A DNA stretch of 64,000 nt from Moniliella sp. 'wahieum' (GCA_003971905.1 RSEE01000006.1:744001-808000), one strand, 5' to 3'; shown: positions 1 through 12,582, counted from the first letter of the stretch. Made by a program: numbers and translations. The notes: a model not told the origin generated them from the sequence alone.

Positions 1-2521
1 GCCGTCCCAGCAATGTTGGTGGGTTACGGGCACGGCCGCGGTTCGAAGGGGTGGCTCTTTGCCATCCACCAGGACGACGGCCAAGTTGGATTCCGTTGGA
101 AAAAGCCGTCCACCTGGACGCATGTCCCGTACACCACCGAATATCCCACGCACTTTCATCTGGACCCCCTTGTCCCTGCTGGTGGCGGAGAGGTGCGGGG
201 GGCGGAGAAATGGGTGCTGGTGGGAAGTCAGACAGCTCCCCACCCGGCGTGTGCGTTTTGCGATAGATGAACTGACCCGCGATACTAATGGTAAGAAAGA
301 CAATGCCCCATGGAAAAAAAAATTAAAAGAACGAAAAACAGAGGCACATCGCCCGGCTCAAGCCAACGAAAATGAGAATTCAGAGCCTGGCCCCACTCCA
401 CCAACTCCAACCCCCCACATGTATCCCCCCAACCTGTTGCATCTGACCCGCAGCATGGCACAACGCCAGGCAAAGCAAGCCGAAGAAAATGAAACTATCA
501 CAGAAGATGCCGTTGACACTGGCCACCAAGTCCTGCTTTCCCCTCCCTCTTCCACTTCCCCTTCTCTCCCGCCCTATCCCCCCTCCCCTCTCTCCCCCAC
601 CGACACGCTCGCCCCCGTGACCGTGCCCCTGACCGATACAGCCGTCCCCGCACTCGTGCGTCGCAATCCCGTTCGCCAAGCGCGTATCAACGCTCCACCC
701 CTCGACCTGTCCATTCCAGCCAACGACAATTTGCGCGATGGCACCTTTTCCCTGCTCGTCAACAAGGCCCCTAGCATCTTTGGCAACCCGGCCGCCCTCT
801 CCGCCCTAGGAATGCAGGCTTTGGTGAGTATTTTCGGACCAGCGCCGGACACATCCATGCTACCTGCTTCGGAGCCAAGCTCGCCCCCCATTGCACTCGC
901 AATCGAATCCGCGGCAAGTGACACCGAGGTCATACTGACCACCGATGGGGTCCCGGTGGCCCCCAAGAACATCAAGAAGTTGGTGGGTCACCCTGCCTTT
1001 GATGGCGTACTCGAGGCAATGCGCCTCGAGCTTCGGCGTTTTGACGAGCGTGACGTGAAGGAAGTTGTACCCATCCCCCCAGGGATCAAACCCCTTCCCG
1101 GCATGTGGGTCATAGGTACTAAGACGGATGCGGATGCTAACTTCCTCAAGTACCGTGCCCGCTACGTTGTGGGAGGGCACCGGCAAGTTCCTGGCACATG
1201 GGCGAAATCTTTTGCTCCTGCCGTTCGTACTGCTGCCGTCAACACGCTAATTGCGTTGGCCGAAGCTGATGGCCTCCACTTATTTTCTGCCGATGTGGAA
1301 GCTGCCTACCTCTATGCCGATATCAACGAGCTCGTCTATGTTCGACCACCCCCCTTCTTCCCAGAAGCGCCCGGTCATTGCTGGAGACTCAAGAAAAGTC
1401 TCTATGGCCTGCACCAGAGCGGGGCCAACTTTGGAGATTGGCTCCGCACTTTCCTTTGCGACCGACTCCACTTCACTAGCCTAAAATCAGAGCCTTGCCT
1501 GTTCATACGTCGCACCGAACCTCTTGGCCTGATCCTAATCGCCGTCCACACTGACGACTTTTTGGTCGCGTGTCGGTCCCAAGAAGCGTATGATGAATTC
1601 TTAGTGGAATTAAGGCGCAGCATCCAAATTAAGTCCAACGGCCCCCTACGTTTCCATCTCGGCTGCCAATACGACCGTATCGATGGACGACTGTACATCA
1701 GCCAACCCAAATTCATCGCTGAGACGCTTGCCGCGCATGACATATCACCTCACCGGCCCCGCTACCTTCCAATCGGCCACCAACTTCCGCCTCCCAAGCG
1801 ACCCGAACACGAAAAGCGTGCCACTCGAGACGAGCACCGTGCCTACCGTTCTATTGTCGGATCCAGCTTGTGGGCGGCTCGTATGTCCCGGCCTGATGCC
1901 CTCTTTGCGGCTACCTTTTTAGCGCGGTTTATGGACGACCCGTCCGCCGCCCACCGACGCGCAGCGGAGGACCTATTACGTTTCTTCGCCGGTACGTCTG
2001 ACTACTCTTTGTGCCTCACACCCAACCGATCTCGCCCTCTACTCGAGCTGCACACCGATGCCTCCTTTGCATCAGACAAGAGCAACTCTCACTCCGTTTC
2101 GGGCCATGTTGTTTTTGTTTTCGGTGTGCCTGTATCCTGGGGCTCCAAGTCCCAAAATCAAGGTGTGAGCAACACAGCAGCATCTGAATACCTAGCCATG
2201 GGAGATGGCCTTCGAGATGCTCTATTCATTCGCAACATACTGTTTGAACTTGGTGTCTGCAAGGCTAATCACCCGATTGAGCTCTTTGTTGACAACACCG
2301 CTGCCAAAGCGTTGGCCGAAAAGCTCGGCAGCCTAGGCAAAATACGGGAGATTGACGTCTCGTACCACGAGGTGCGGGAACGCATCCACCGAGGCGAAAT
2401 TAAAGTCCACTACACTCCAGGTGCACACCATCTCCCTGACTGGTTCACCAAACCTCTTTCTCTTCCCAAGATCATTTCTGCGCGTAACAATTTCGATTTG
2501 GCTTCTCTTTCTTCGCGCTGA
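1..2521 (+). mobile_element. Ty1/Copia LTR retrotransposon pol, 3' part (post-integrase region, reverse transcriptase, RNase H); 5' end lies outside the window
   Basis: ORF 59..2521 has Copia RT motifs KYRARYVVGG, ADVEAAYL, LKKSLYGLHQSG, AVHTDDFLV and RNase H motifs HTDASFA, ASEYLA, VDNTAA, DWFTKPL. The post-integrase motif PAMLVGYG..SKGW is in another frame at 1-60. The INT-RT-RH order is Copia-type. Confidence 0.95.
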
Positions 2522-2586
2522 TCCCCTTTCTACTTTTCTTTTGTTGATGGCCAACGGGCTTCTTTCGTTCCCTTGGCCCGGGGGGG

Positions 2587-2817
2587 TGTTGGGACCCGTG
2601 GTCCCGTACTTAGGCCAAGGCGCCTCATCACCCTTCACCCCTGATTTGTCCTCCGAAGCCTCCACGTGTATACTCAGGCTTGTCTGAACCCCTGTCTCTA
2701 GGTGTGGCACAAGGCTTAGACCTTAACCACCACCATCGCGATTGCATTGCTCTACATTTCCAGAGGTTCTTCACCCAATCCCTTGGGTTCCTCCGGTCTT
2801 ACACACATCTCACCACA
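2587..2817 (+). mobile_element. Probable 3' LTR of the Copia element, preceded by a polypurine tract
   Basis: A G run at 2580-2586 is followed directly by TGTTGGGA. The candidate end TCACCACA (2810-2817) is an imperfect inverted repeat of the start. The right boundary cannot be confirmed without the 5' LTR. Confidence 0.6.
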
Positions 2818-3386
2818 GCGGAACATCGACATGTGCACGGGCCTAGGGCCGGTTCCCAATGCAACGGCTCGCGATGCGCCAAGAGGGCAGGTGAACCCAG
2901 TTTCCGTCCTCCAGGCAGGTCCGACCTTGGCTTAGCGATCAGTGATCGATCATCCTGGTTTGCAATGCCCTGGAAAGGGAAATGCTGCCTCCTTTCCAGC
3001 TAGCAAAGACCTAGCTTTGGCGTGGTACCCTTCAAACCCCGCCACAGGCGGAGCGTAAGACTGATGCTGTAGTTTTCTCTCGCTTTGGCATGCTGGCGAG
3101 GCCGATGATCAATGACGCCGGGAGTTGGTCTGCTGCTGGAAGTTGAAGCTGAGCGCGGAACGTTTCGAAACCAATCTGCCGTGCTCACCCCGCGGAATAT
3201 GTGGCGTTCAACCAGGCAGTTCTAAGGACACGAAACTGACAAAGCATCCATGCCAGAGCTACAATTGCTTATGGGTGGTACACGTTCATGCGAGTGGAGC
3301 TGGGTCCTGGCAGCTGCGAGCCATCGCCCTGATCGTCGTCAAGCGCTGGCGAGAACTGTGATGCGGGCTGTGATCATGGCATGGAT

Positions 3387-3954
3387 TCAGCCCAAGAGCA
3401 ACTTAGTAGCGCGGGCAGCCTTGTCGAGCACTGCGGTACCACAAGAAAGGAGGTTAGCCGATGGGAGGGGGGGAGGGCAAGGTGGGGGAACAGAGGACGA
3501 ACCGGTCTCGTACGACACCTCCGAAAAGTCGGTGCCTTGGATTTCGGTGGAAATGCCAACAAGCGCTTTGCGGATGGCGTCCTTGGAGGACGCGTACACC
3601 ATCTTTTGCTTGATCTTGGACTCGTCTGGGGACCAGGCAAAAAAGCAGATCTTGTTGCGCTTCCCCTCGCCTGCCTTTTCAAACTCGAGGTCGTAGATGA
3701 TGGCTAGCGACAGTCCTGGGCGGGCAACTCAGCGAGGAACTCGTCGTAGTCGGGCGAGTCAGACGTCTTGGCGACTACGATCTCCGTGTTGTCATCCGAG
3801 AGCTTGTAGATAATGTACTTGGTCTTGCCCAGCTTGAGCGTCTGGAACTGATCCAGGCACTCGGGGTTGACCTTGAAGCCGGAGGACTGGGAGAGCGAAG
3901 GAGGGGGCCGCGTGGTCAGTAGCGCTCGGGGGGCCGGATACGGCAACGCACCAT
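3387..3954 (-). CDS. COF1: Cofilin / actin-depolymerizing factor (spliced; indels present)
   Basis: ATG-only first exon (3952-3954), then a GTGCGT..CAG intron, then [48 protein letters not shown] and [33 protein letters not shown] second intron lies near 3432-3504. Confidence 0.95.
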
Positions 3955-3976
3955 AGGGAGTAAAGTGCGGGGAGGA

Positions 3977-3998
3977 GTGGTGGTGGTGGTGGTGGTGG
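3977..3998. repeat. (TGG)n microsatellite just upstream of the cofilin start
   Basis: gtggtggtggtggtggtggtgg seen directly. Confidence 0.85.
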
Positions 3999-4163
3999 TT
4001 GGGCAGAGTGCAAACACCCAAGTCAAGTGTTGGCCAAGTGATGGCAGCGCCGCAGCGGCTGCTTGCCACCAAACCAACCAACCCCATCTGGCGCCACGCG
4101 CGGGGCCTGTGCGGTGGCACGGGGCCAGTGTGACCGACGCAGGACCAGGGGCGGGCAGCGGCG

Positions 4164-4420
4164 GAGCGCTGAGCGCTGACGCGTGACGCGTGACGCGTGA
4201 CGCCCCCACGTGACGCTGGCAGGCAGGGTAGGCTACGCGTGTGGCCTCGTGTTGCTTCGGCCCCGGTCTGACGTCAGCGTCACCTCCACCCCATCCGCGG
4301 AGCTGCTGAGTCAGCCACAGGTGCTCACGTGATGCACGTGATGGCCGGGGGTGATCGATGATCGGTGGTCGATGGTGGATGGTGGATGGTGGATGGCCGA
4401 TGGTCGATGGTCGATGGCGC
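4164..4420. repeat. 7-bp-phased TNA+palindrome arrays in the cofilin/ALDH divergent intergenic region
   Basis: (GAGCGCT)2(GACGCGT)3 at 4164-4198, and a degenerate TGATCGA/TGGTCGA/TGGTGGA run of about 10 units at 4352-4420. Confidence 0.9.
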
Positions 4421-4823
4421 TGCCCCAGCGGTTTCTGAAGCGGGAGAGGTGATACACGCGATGCCCGCTGTCGCTGCGCTCGGCCGCCTCGGCCTGCCTC
4501 GGCTGGCCACGTCGACAGCGCAATGATTAATGGGGCAAGCAGCGCCAGCAGTCAGCAGCACTACTCAGTAGGCCGAGTGAGCTAGTGGAGGGTCGGTGCA
4601 AGTTGCCCGTGCGCAGCGCCCATCCGGCATCACGCATCATCACACATCGCATGTTCGTGCCCTGCCATTCACGTGCACGCGCCCGGCCCAAGCCTGCCCG
4701 GAAACGCAGCATGCCCCAGCGCGTCCTGCCGCCCCACGCCCCACGCCCCACCTGGGCCCGTCTTGCCGCTGAAAAGACCCGCCTCCGCACTGGCCTGCGT
4801 GCTGCTTCGGTGTCCCCCACACC

Positions 4824-6321
4824 ATGTCTGTCTCTGCTGCCGACCAAGCCCGCGACGATTCCGGCCTGATCTACCCCCTGTCGACCAGGTCCCCGCCATC
4901 GTCGACCGCCTGCGCACCACTTCCTCACCCACAAGACCCGCAATGTCGAGTACCGCAAGAACAGCCTCAAGAACCTGTGGTTCGGCTTGAACGAGCGCCG
5001 CGCGACCTCTGCGCGCTGTCCGTCTTGATCTCGGCCGCGAGGCCAACGACACCGAACCTCGAGCTCTCTGGCATCGAGAACGAGATTGTGGAAATGATTC
5101 GACCATCGACAAGTGGGCCGCGACGAGCGTGTCTGGCTGGTATGGCCTGGGTCACCCACGGCACGGTGATCCGCAAGGACCCCAAGGGTACCACTCTGGT
5201 CCTGTCGGCTTGGAACTACCCCCTGGCGCTCGCCCTCACCCCGTTCGCCAGGCCATTGCCGCAGGCAACACGGTGTTCTCAAGCCAAGTGAGGTGGCAGC
5301 CAACACGGCGCGCGCGAACTTAACCATCCTGGTTGAGAAGGTACCTTGACCCCGAGGCGTTTGTCGTGATCAATGGCGGCATCCCCGAGACGACCGCGGT
5401 CTGGATCAGCGCTTTGAGCACATTCTACACTGGATCGGGCACGTGGGCCGCATCATTCAGGAAAAGGCGCCAAGTGGCTGTGCCCGGTGACGCTCGAGTT
5501 GGGTGGCAAGTCGCCCGTTTGGGTCGACCCGAGCGCGGATCTGACCGTGCCGCCAACCGGATTCTGGGCAAGACGGCCAATGCAGGCAGACGTGCATCGC
5601 CCTGACTATGTCCTGACCACCCCCGAGATGTTCCCAAGCTGGTTGAGGCCATCAAGAAACCGACAAAAAGTTCTGGGCTAACGAGGGTGGACCAAAGAAA
5701 TCCCGCTACTACAGCAACATTGTCAACAAGAATCATGCCAGCCGTTTGGCCAAGGTCTTGTCCGAGACCAAGGGTACCATTGTCATTGGCGGAGAAACAG
5801 ACGTGGAAGCCAAGTTCATTGAGCCCACAGTCGTGACCAATGTCACTGGAGACGATTCGTTGATGCAGAGTGAGCTCTTTGGCCCTATCCTGCCTATCAT
5901 TTCCGTGCCGAATGTGGAGGCTGGGATTGATTTTATCAATTCGCGTGACCAGCCTTTGACCCTGTACGTGTTTGGCAACAAAAAGGTCGCGGACCAAGTT
6001 TTGTCCTGCACTCGGTCGGGCTCAGCAGTGGTAGGGGACGTGCTGCTCCAATTTGTCATTAGCGCGCTGCCATTTGGAGGAACAGGCCCTTCGGGTTCCG
6101 GCGCCTACCATGGCAAGGCTGGGTTTGATCTTTTCACCCACCAGCGCAGTCTACTACTCGCTCCGCACACTGGCGTACTCGGCAAGGTGGTGGAGATGAT
6201 TATGAGCGTGCGGTACCCGCCCGTGATGGCCAAAGACCTTTTGCTTTGGCCCTCCTGACGAAAAGGCCAGCTTTCTTCCGACGGCCTACGAACCCTCACG
6301 AACTGCCTGCCACTAAAGTAA
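4824..6321 (+). CDS. Aldehyde dehydrogenase, ALDH3 / fatty-aldehyde dehydrogenase (Hfd1-like); frameshifted in the assembly
   Basis: Fragments IRKDPKGTTLVLSAWNYPL, FYTGSG, TLELGGKSP, PDYVL, LMQSELFGPILP and LPFGGTGPSGSGAYHGKAGFDLFTH across several frames. Confidence 0.92.
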
Positions 6322-7721
6322 GTCTGATGAACATGCATGTTACTAGTAACTCAAGGGAAGGATATTGACTTTACTTTGAACAGCGTCGCGGATTCAAGAA
6401 GCTTTTCCTTCTCATTGCTTTCTTGGCGGTTCTGCTCAAAGTTCTCCGGGGCTAATCGGTCATCAGCGACACGCAACAGCCAGCACTTTCTGGGATTCTG
6501 CGTAGCCCCCTAATCTGCCCTCATTAGGAGGCAAATCAGTAAAATGGTGCCTTGGACTCCGCTTGCCTCCTTCTGCTCTATGCCTTGGGTCTTTTCCTTG
6601 AATCCATGTTTCCTTCGTCCGCACTTTTTTGAGATGAGTTAGGGGAGCCCTTCTCGAGATGTGGTTGGGGCAACCCAAAAGGCGGTGGAAGAAACTGTTG
6701 TCATCGGCTTGTGCGTTGACCAATTCTGCATAATGGTGTCTTGGGCCTTAGCTGGGAGTGTGTTGCATGCCAACGTCCGACGTGAAAAGCTGAGCGGATG
6801 GCCGAACGGGTTGAATACCACCGGGTGGCCCTTGCATCGGGATGCTAGCACCCTGCCCCCCACGCCTGGTGCTTGTTTGGTGGGGGCATACATCCCTACT
6901 TTCGGTGCAGCGTCACTGTCGAAGGCAGCAGAGCCGCCTGGCCCAGACCGACGCTTGGCTCTTGCTCGTATCCTGGCACCACAGCTGGGCTCACCAACGC
7001 CCAATCCGCACCCCATACAGACCCAGAAACGGACGCATCCTGTTCGTCACGCATGCTCCCCTCGCTCGCCCCTGGCGGGTTCCACACCGCAATACGATGG
7101 GGTTACCTTGATCGCGCTATAAGCACCCCCTCCCAACAATACATAGCGAGAGTCGGGAGATTGAATCGACGGAAGCGCACCGAGATCAGCCGGCGGGGCG
7201 CTACTCCCCTGCCGTAGTCCAAAGGGAAGAGATCGTATAGTGCCAGCAGAGGCGAGCAATGAAACGAAGGAAAAGGGGGAAAGGGAAAGGGAAAGGGGAG
7301 GAAGGGGCATGAAAGTGGATGGTCAAAGCAACGAGGGGGAAGGCATGTAAAAGGAGTGAGCAAAGGTAGGTGGGGTACAGTGACAATAGAAGCGAAGGCA
7401 ATGGAAGAAAGGAGTAGACAGTTTTGGGCGAGTAGAGAAAGGGCGACCTCTTCCCCAAGGAACAGGCGTCGGAATGGGGGATAGGAAGGGAACCACGATT
7501 TGTGTGGAGCCAAAGCCGGCACACCTCAAGGCCAGGTTCCAGGGGATGAGGCCAGGGGAAAGCAAGACGCCCAAAGACGGGGGGGTGGTATCGTGTCAAT
7601 GTAGTCTGCAAAAGGGGGTGGAAGCCAAAAGTGGGAATGGGATGTGGAGCACATCCACGCCGAAATGGTGAAACAACGTCAGGGCCTTAGACGATGAGAG
7701 GGAACAGGCAGCTACTCTTCC

Positions 7722-9794
7722 TCATGGAACGTTGGCCTTGAACGGCCAAATCATGCATCTCACCCCGTCACGCGCCAATTCTTGGCGTAAGAGTTGAGCC
7801 AGCGTCGGGCGCGGTGCGGATGCTTGGTTGGCCGCCAGTTCTTCCGATGTTTCCCCGGAATTGTCCATGACCGAATGACCGTCGTGATCCCACCTTCTCC
7901 ATAGTGCGCGTGATGGGGGAGCCGGCACCGGACGCTTGTCGTACAGAGGCGAGCGCAGGGGAAGGAAGCGCATGCGCACTTTCGCCCCCCACAGCGGGCG
8001 AACCAGTCAAGATCGAGGAAGACTTGGCACGGATGCTGCCGTGTGGTGGACCATTGCCCGCTGCCCTGTGCTGGTTCCTGCGCCGGCGCACGCAGGAAGC
8101 AGGTGGGAGGTGGAAGCGTTGGCTGGGTCTTCGGATCCAGCAAACGAAGGTTGACGAAGTGCGTTGCGGAACGCATCCCATCCGGCTGGCCTCATCGGAC
8201 CAAAATGTGGGGTGAGGTTCTCCTCGGGCGGGGGCGCTGTGCTGCCATCTCTTGCTCTGGCCGTCGCAGCGCTTGCGCCTAACAAAGCAGTGGTCATCCC
8301 AGCTGACTCTTCGGTACCTGTCCCCATGGCAGGAGCGACAGGCGGACCGAGGCTGATGGGAGACCGGGATTCGTCCGACATGCTTGGTCCACTGGCTGCG
8401 CCGAGGATGGGCGATGTGGATCGCATGCTGGTTTGTCCCTGTCCCCGACCAGCAGCGGCCAAAGCTTGTTTGCGCCTCCATCGACGAGAACGAGGTAGGC
8501 GCCAACCAGCGCGAGGAGCAACGCCAGCGACCCAAACACAACAAAGCGATCGCGTAGCCGGGCAGATGATCCGAACCGGCTATGCCATTGAGCGTTCCAC
8601 CATTGGCCTCGGCGGTGGCCGTGGCGGTGATGATCTGACCATTGGACAGGGTAGTGGTTACAGTGGCTACCCCCGTCTCGGTTCCAGTGAAGCCATGACT
8701 GCGCAACGAAGACTCGATCGAGTTGCTGATCGATGAGATCACCGAAGCCGTCTCGGAGGATGGCCGAGATCGAAGAGAGGTAGGACGACAGAGCTGTCCC
8801 GGTCAACGTAGCTGTGCGAGAAGCGATCGAAGCAGACGCGACAGACGCCGAAGACCAGCCGATACCGACGCAGCGGAGAGGGACGAGATGTATCCTGATG
8901 ACAGGGACGCGAGAGAGGCAGAGGATAGGACGCGCGACGCAGAGGACAACGAGGCGGACGCCAGCGACGCAGATGACAACGATGCCAACGACGCAGAGGA
9001 TGCGGAACGCTGAGATGCGATCGATGAGGTAGTGCGGTCTCTAAAAAGCAGATGGTCAGTCATGAAGAATGGCCTGCGTCGCGCAGCCAAAGGAACCGGA
9101 CGAGCACTTACGGATTGCGGACCAAGTGGCAAGTCGACTAATGCCACTTTCCGTGCCGAGGCCAGAGGCAGTGATGACAAAGTAGAATGGCCACGAGATG
9201 TTTTGGTTGGGCTGGATGGTGGCGGCCTGGGGCAAATTCTGCCACCAGAGGTCGTTGGGGCTAAAGGAGATGCGGCCCAAATTGTTGTCGATGCTAGACC
9301 AACGGTCTGCAGCACGTCGCCATCGTCGCGGAAGAGATAAATGTCAACCGCCCCAATTTGCTGGAAGCGAGGGTAGTTGGAGTTCCAGATAAATTTGGAC
9401 CACTCCCCTGGACGACCTGGTGCCGGCAACGGGGTAGCAGCTGAGTACGTCGTTGCCAACCCAACATGTGTTTTGGGAGGAGGACTGGCGGCGGAGTACT
9501 TCCTCGGGTGGGGGTGGTGGCTCGCCTGGGAGCCTGAGGAGGAGCGGGAAGAAGAGGATGAGCGTTGGCGGCGAGATTGCTGAAGCATGCGCTTGACCTC
9601 CAGCACATCGGCATTGCTACGCGCGGCAAAGGGGCCGTAGAGCTGATGGGAGCTGTGGACCTGCGGGAGGGCGGCGAGACGGCCACGCGGTGTTCGATGC
9701 GTGAGCCATCATCAGGGTCGGCGAGGATGCGAGGCGCACGGGTGGCCGCCGGGAGCATGCCTGAGGTGCGGACTGATGGCATTGAGGGCGGCAT
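7722..9794 (-). CDS. Fungal single-pass membrane protein with a Ser/Ala-rich stalk (Mid2-like architecture); frameshifted
   Basis: Globular segment FIWNSNYPRFQQIGAVDIYLF..WWQNLPQ..WPFYFVIT, then SASSASLASLSSAS repeats, a TM segment (LPGYAIALL../SLALLLALVGAYLV) and a cytoplasmic tail. GTAAGT intron near 9020-9110. Confidence 0.6.
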
Positions 9795-10070
9795 AGAAGG
9801 CGGGGCTGGCGAGACAGACGGCAGCGCTGAGCTAGACAGCGAGCTGGGGGGAGGCGGGGTCGGGCTCAGACGCAGACTCCAGCTCGGGCCACAGTGGAGC
9901 TGACGCGCAGGGAGAAGGACGCAGGCGCAGACGGCAGCGCGATGGCGAGGGAAGGGCAGCAGGCGGGGCGCGCGCACGGCCGGAGGGTTGCCGTCGGTCC
10001 ACGCCAGGTTCTACAGTCCACGGCCAGGCGGAAGGCGGAGTCGTGCTAATCTCAGGCTGCAGGGGCGGCA

Positions 10071-10100
10071 GACGCTGTGCGACGCTGTGCGACGCTGTGC
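10071..10100. repeat. Tandem 10-mer (GACGCTGTGC)x3
   Basis: Three perfect copies seen directly. Confidence 0.85.
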
Positions 10101-10435
10101 TGTGCGCTGGGAGCGCATGCGGCCGCTGAGCACGCGCGCACACTGGCGCCCGGCCGCACAAGCTTTGCAGATCGCTGCATGCTGGCTCCGGGCCGCTCCA
10201 CCGGCACCACACCACTCTGGCCCATTGGCTGCTCCCGCGCGAGCAGGCGCGCTGCACGGGCTGCAAGGACAGGGGCAGCCATGCATGCGGCAGCGCACTC
10301 GCAGCACTCTGCCTCTGCCCCGCCGCGGAGCAGCGTGGGCGCGTTCGCCGCTCGGCGCCAGTACCCGCTCACTCGGCGCGCCAGGTGCTAGGGTTGCACT
10401 GCCGCCTGCCCCTTGCATTTTCTGCACAGGCAAGC

Positions 10436-10631
10436 TGACCGGTGACTGTCACCAATCAGGTCACCGGTGGTCATCGGTCACCCTGGTATGCGCGACTGAG
10501 CTCCTGCAGAACTTCAGCGCTCAGCCAGGCTTCGGCACGTTCTTGAACGTTCAGTTGAACGTTGCACTTGAACGTTGAATTTAATGAAGCTTGAAGCTTG
10601 AAGCTTGAAGAATGATCGATGATCGGTGATC
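10436..10631. repeat. Cluster of 7-bp-phased TNA+palindrome units
   Basis: TGACCGGTGA at 10436, TCAGCGCTCA at 10514, TGAACGT three times (10544-10575), then in register (TGAAGCT)3 TGAAGAA TGATCGA TGATCGG TGATC at 10585-10631. Confidence 0.9.
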
Positions 10632-10831
10632 CCCTGATTCGTTGTTCGGAAACTCGGCACTGCCCACGATTGGCTTCCCACAGCGCGCCACCGAAGGACT
10701 GTGCGGGCGTGGGTGACGCGGTGACGCGTCGCGACCGCGTGGCTGCGCGTGCACCCACCCGCCACCCGCACCTTCCACGTTTTTCCCGTTGCCTCTTGCC
10801 CAGCACCTTCCTGTCTCTCCGCTCTGCCAGC

Positions 10832-12398
10832 ATGGTTGTACCCACCGACACCGACTTTTCCATCTCTCTATCTGCCCCCTTCCATCGCCTGGATCAGCTG
10901 TTTGCCCAGGCAGTTGGGGACGATGACCAGGCACGAGTTAGCGCCGTTTCCTCCGCCTTTGCCGAGACCTTCAACACCCGCCCACGCATCGCCAAAATTC
11001 CCTCCTTGACTTCCCTCCCCCTTCCCAATGAGGCTGATGCCGGTCAGAGGCCAACCGTTGTGCGTTGGCGGTGCATGATTCAACAAAACTGCCGCGTCAG
11101 CCGAGATGTTCGTTCGCACTTTGCCCGAGGGAGGATGGGGTACTTTGGTGCAGCCGATTGGAGTGCTGCTTCGAACCCTACCGAATCCTCGGCAGATGCA
11201 GCCCAGCCCGACTATACCAATCTGGCCGAACGCAACGTTCTCTTTGGCGTATCGATCCCGGTGTGAAACGGCCTGGGACGCCGATGCTTGGGACCTCCCT
11301 GATCCTTCTACTCTGCCCCTTGCTCCCCCTGGGGTGCTGGCGCAAAAAACGCCTCTCGAAAAGGGTAGCGCTTCTGCTCTGCTCAAACTCTATGATAGTG
11401 CATTGGCCGATTCGGTCCGTGTGACCGACATTGTGGAGGTGGTGGGCATCCTGGGTATGAAAAGTATGCTGCCGTGAATGACTTTGAAGAACCTGTGGCC
11501 GACGCTCCTCTTGTTCAGTCAACGTCATTTTTCTCAACCAGACCCACTACCAAGCTCCCCAAACCTATCGACGTTGCTATTCCCGAGGATGTTGAGATCT
11601 TGGTTGACTACCTCACCTCTGTTCTCGAAGGAGACAAGGTTGCAGCTCGAATTGTCTTCTATGCACTTTTGGCGCACGTGCGCGGACAGCGCGCGGGTGT
11701 GACTTTGGGTGTGCTAAGCCTCAACTTGTCCGACTTGGCACCCGAGTCCACCGTCCCCCAAGCCCTCCCCAAGCCCTTTCCAACTCGTGCCGGCACTGGT
11801 GTGTCAACCCTTGTCCATCAACGCGTTGAATGCGGGGCGGTTCTTTCCCTCGTCCGACGGAGATGTGTTGCGTGCGGGTCGGCTCCAGCTCGCCAAGGGA
11901 ACTACTCTGCTTATCGACGAAACCCAACTGCAAGAAGGGAAATTGGCAGATACGGGGTGTGCAATGTGCGCTCATTGAACCATGCTTCAGACTCACAAGT
12001 TGGGCTATGCCTTCCCCTTTACTGAGTATGAGTTCGATGGACGTCTCTACCCTCGTCCTCTCCCGTACCAAGAGCATGCTTCCTACTGATGTGCGCGTCG
12101 TCCACCGCCCTGCCCCTGTTCAGCTCAGACCCCAACCCTCATCAGCTTACTGCCTGGCGGACTCATTCTCTCGGCGCGTGAGGCGCCCTGCCGGCCCTGC
12201 CGGAAGCTCTGGCAAAGCAGATTACCGAGGAATTTGTTGCAGCGCGGGGCAGAGCCCCAAGCCTCTGGCCAGGAAGATCTGCAGCGGAGGTTGAACCTCG
12301 CCCGCTTGGCGGCGCTGGCCAAGGGGTCGGAGCTGGACGAGCCGCTGTGGCGCTCGATTGTGCAGCTGGACGAGGAGATCCAAGCTCGCCTGGTGTAG
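10832..12398 (+). CDS. MCMBP: Mini-chromosome maintenance complex-binding protein (MCM-BP / Mcb1); frameshifted
   Basis: VVRWRCMIQ, ALLKLYD..VTDIVEVVGIL, LVDYLTSVLEGDKVAA and LRAGRLQLAKGTTLLIDETQLQEGKL, typical of MCM-BP. Confidence 0.85.
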
Positions 12399-12582
12399 GC
12401 AGCGGCTGGAGCAATCGTATTCTTGCTACTTAGCAGTTACTAGGTGCTGGTGGCCCTAGATCATGAAAGTTTCAGTGAATAGAAGCCTTCGCCACCGCCA
12501 TCTACTCTGGCCGAGATGCATGGAATTGAGCAGGCAATCAGCAAACGCTAAATCACCCTACACCACCACTCCTGAGCTCGCC

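Noticed and set aside
7131..7138. TCCCAACA as the end of the Copia LTR starting TGTTGGGA at 2587
   Set aside because: This would imply a 4.5-kb LTR containing cofilin and ALDH; an 8-bp chance match is more likely.
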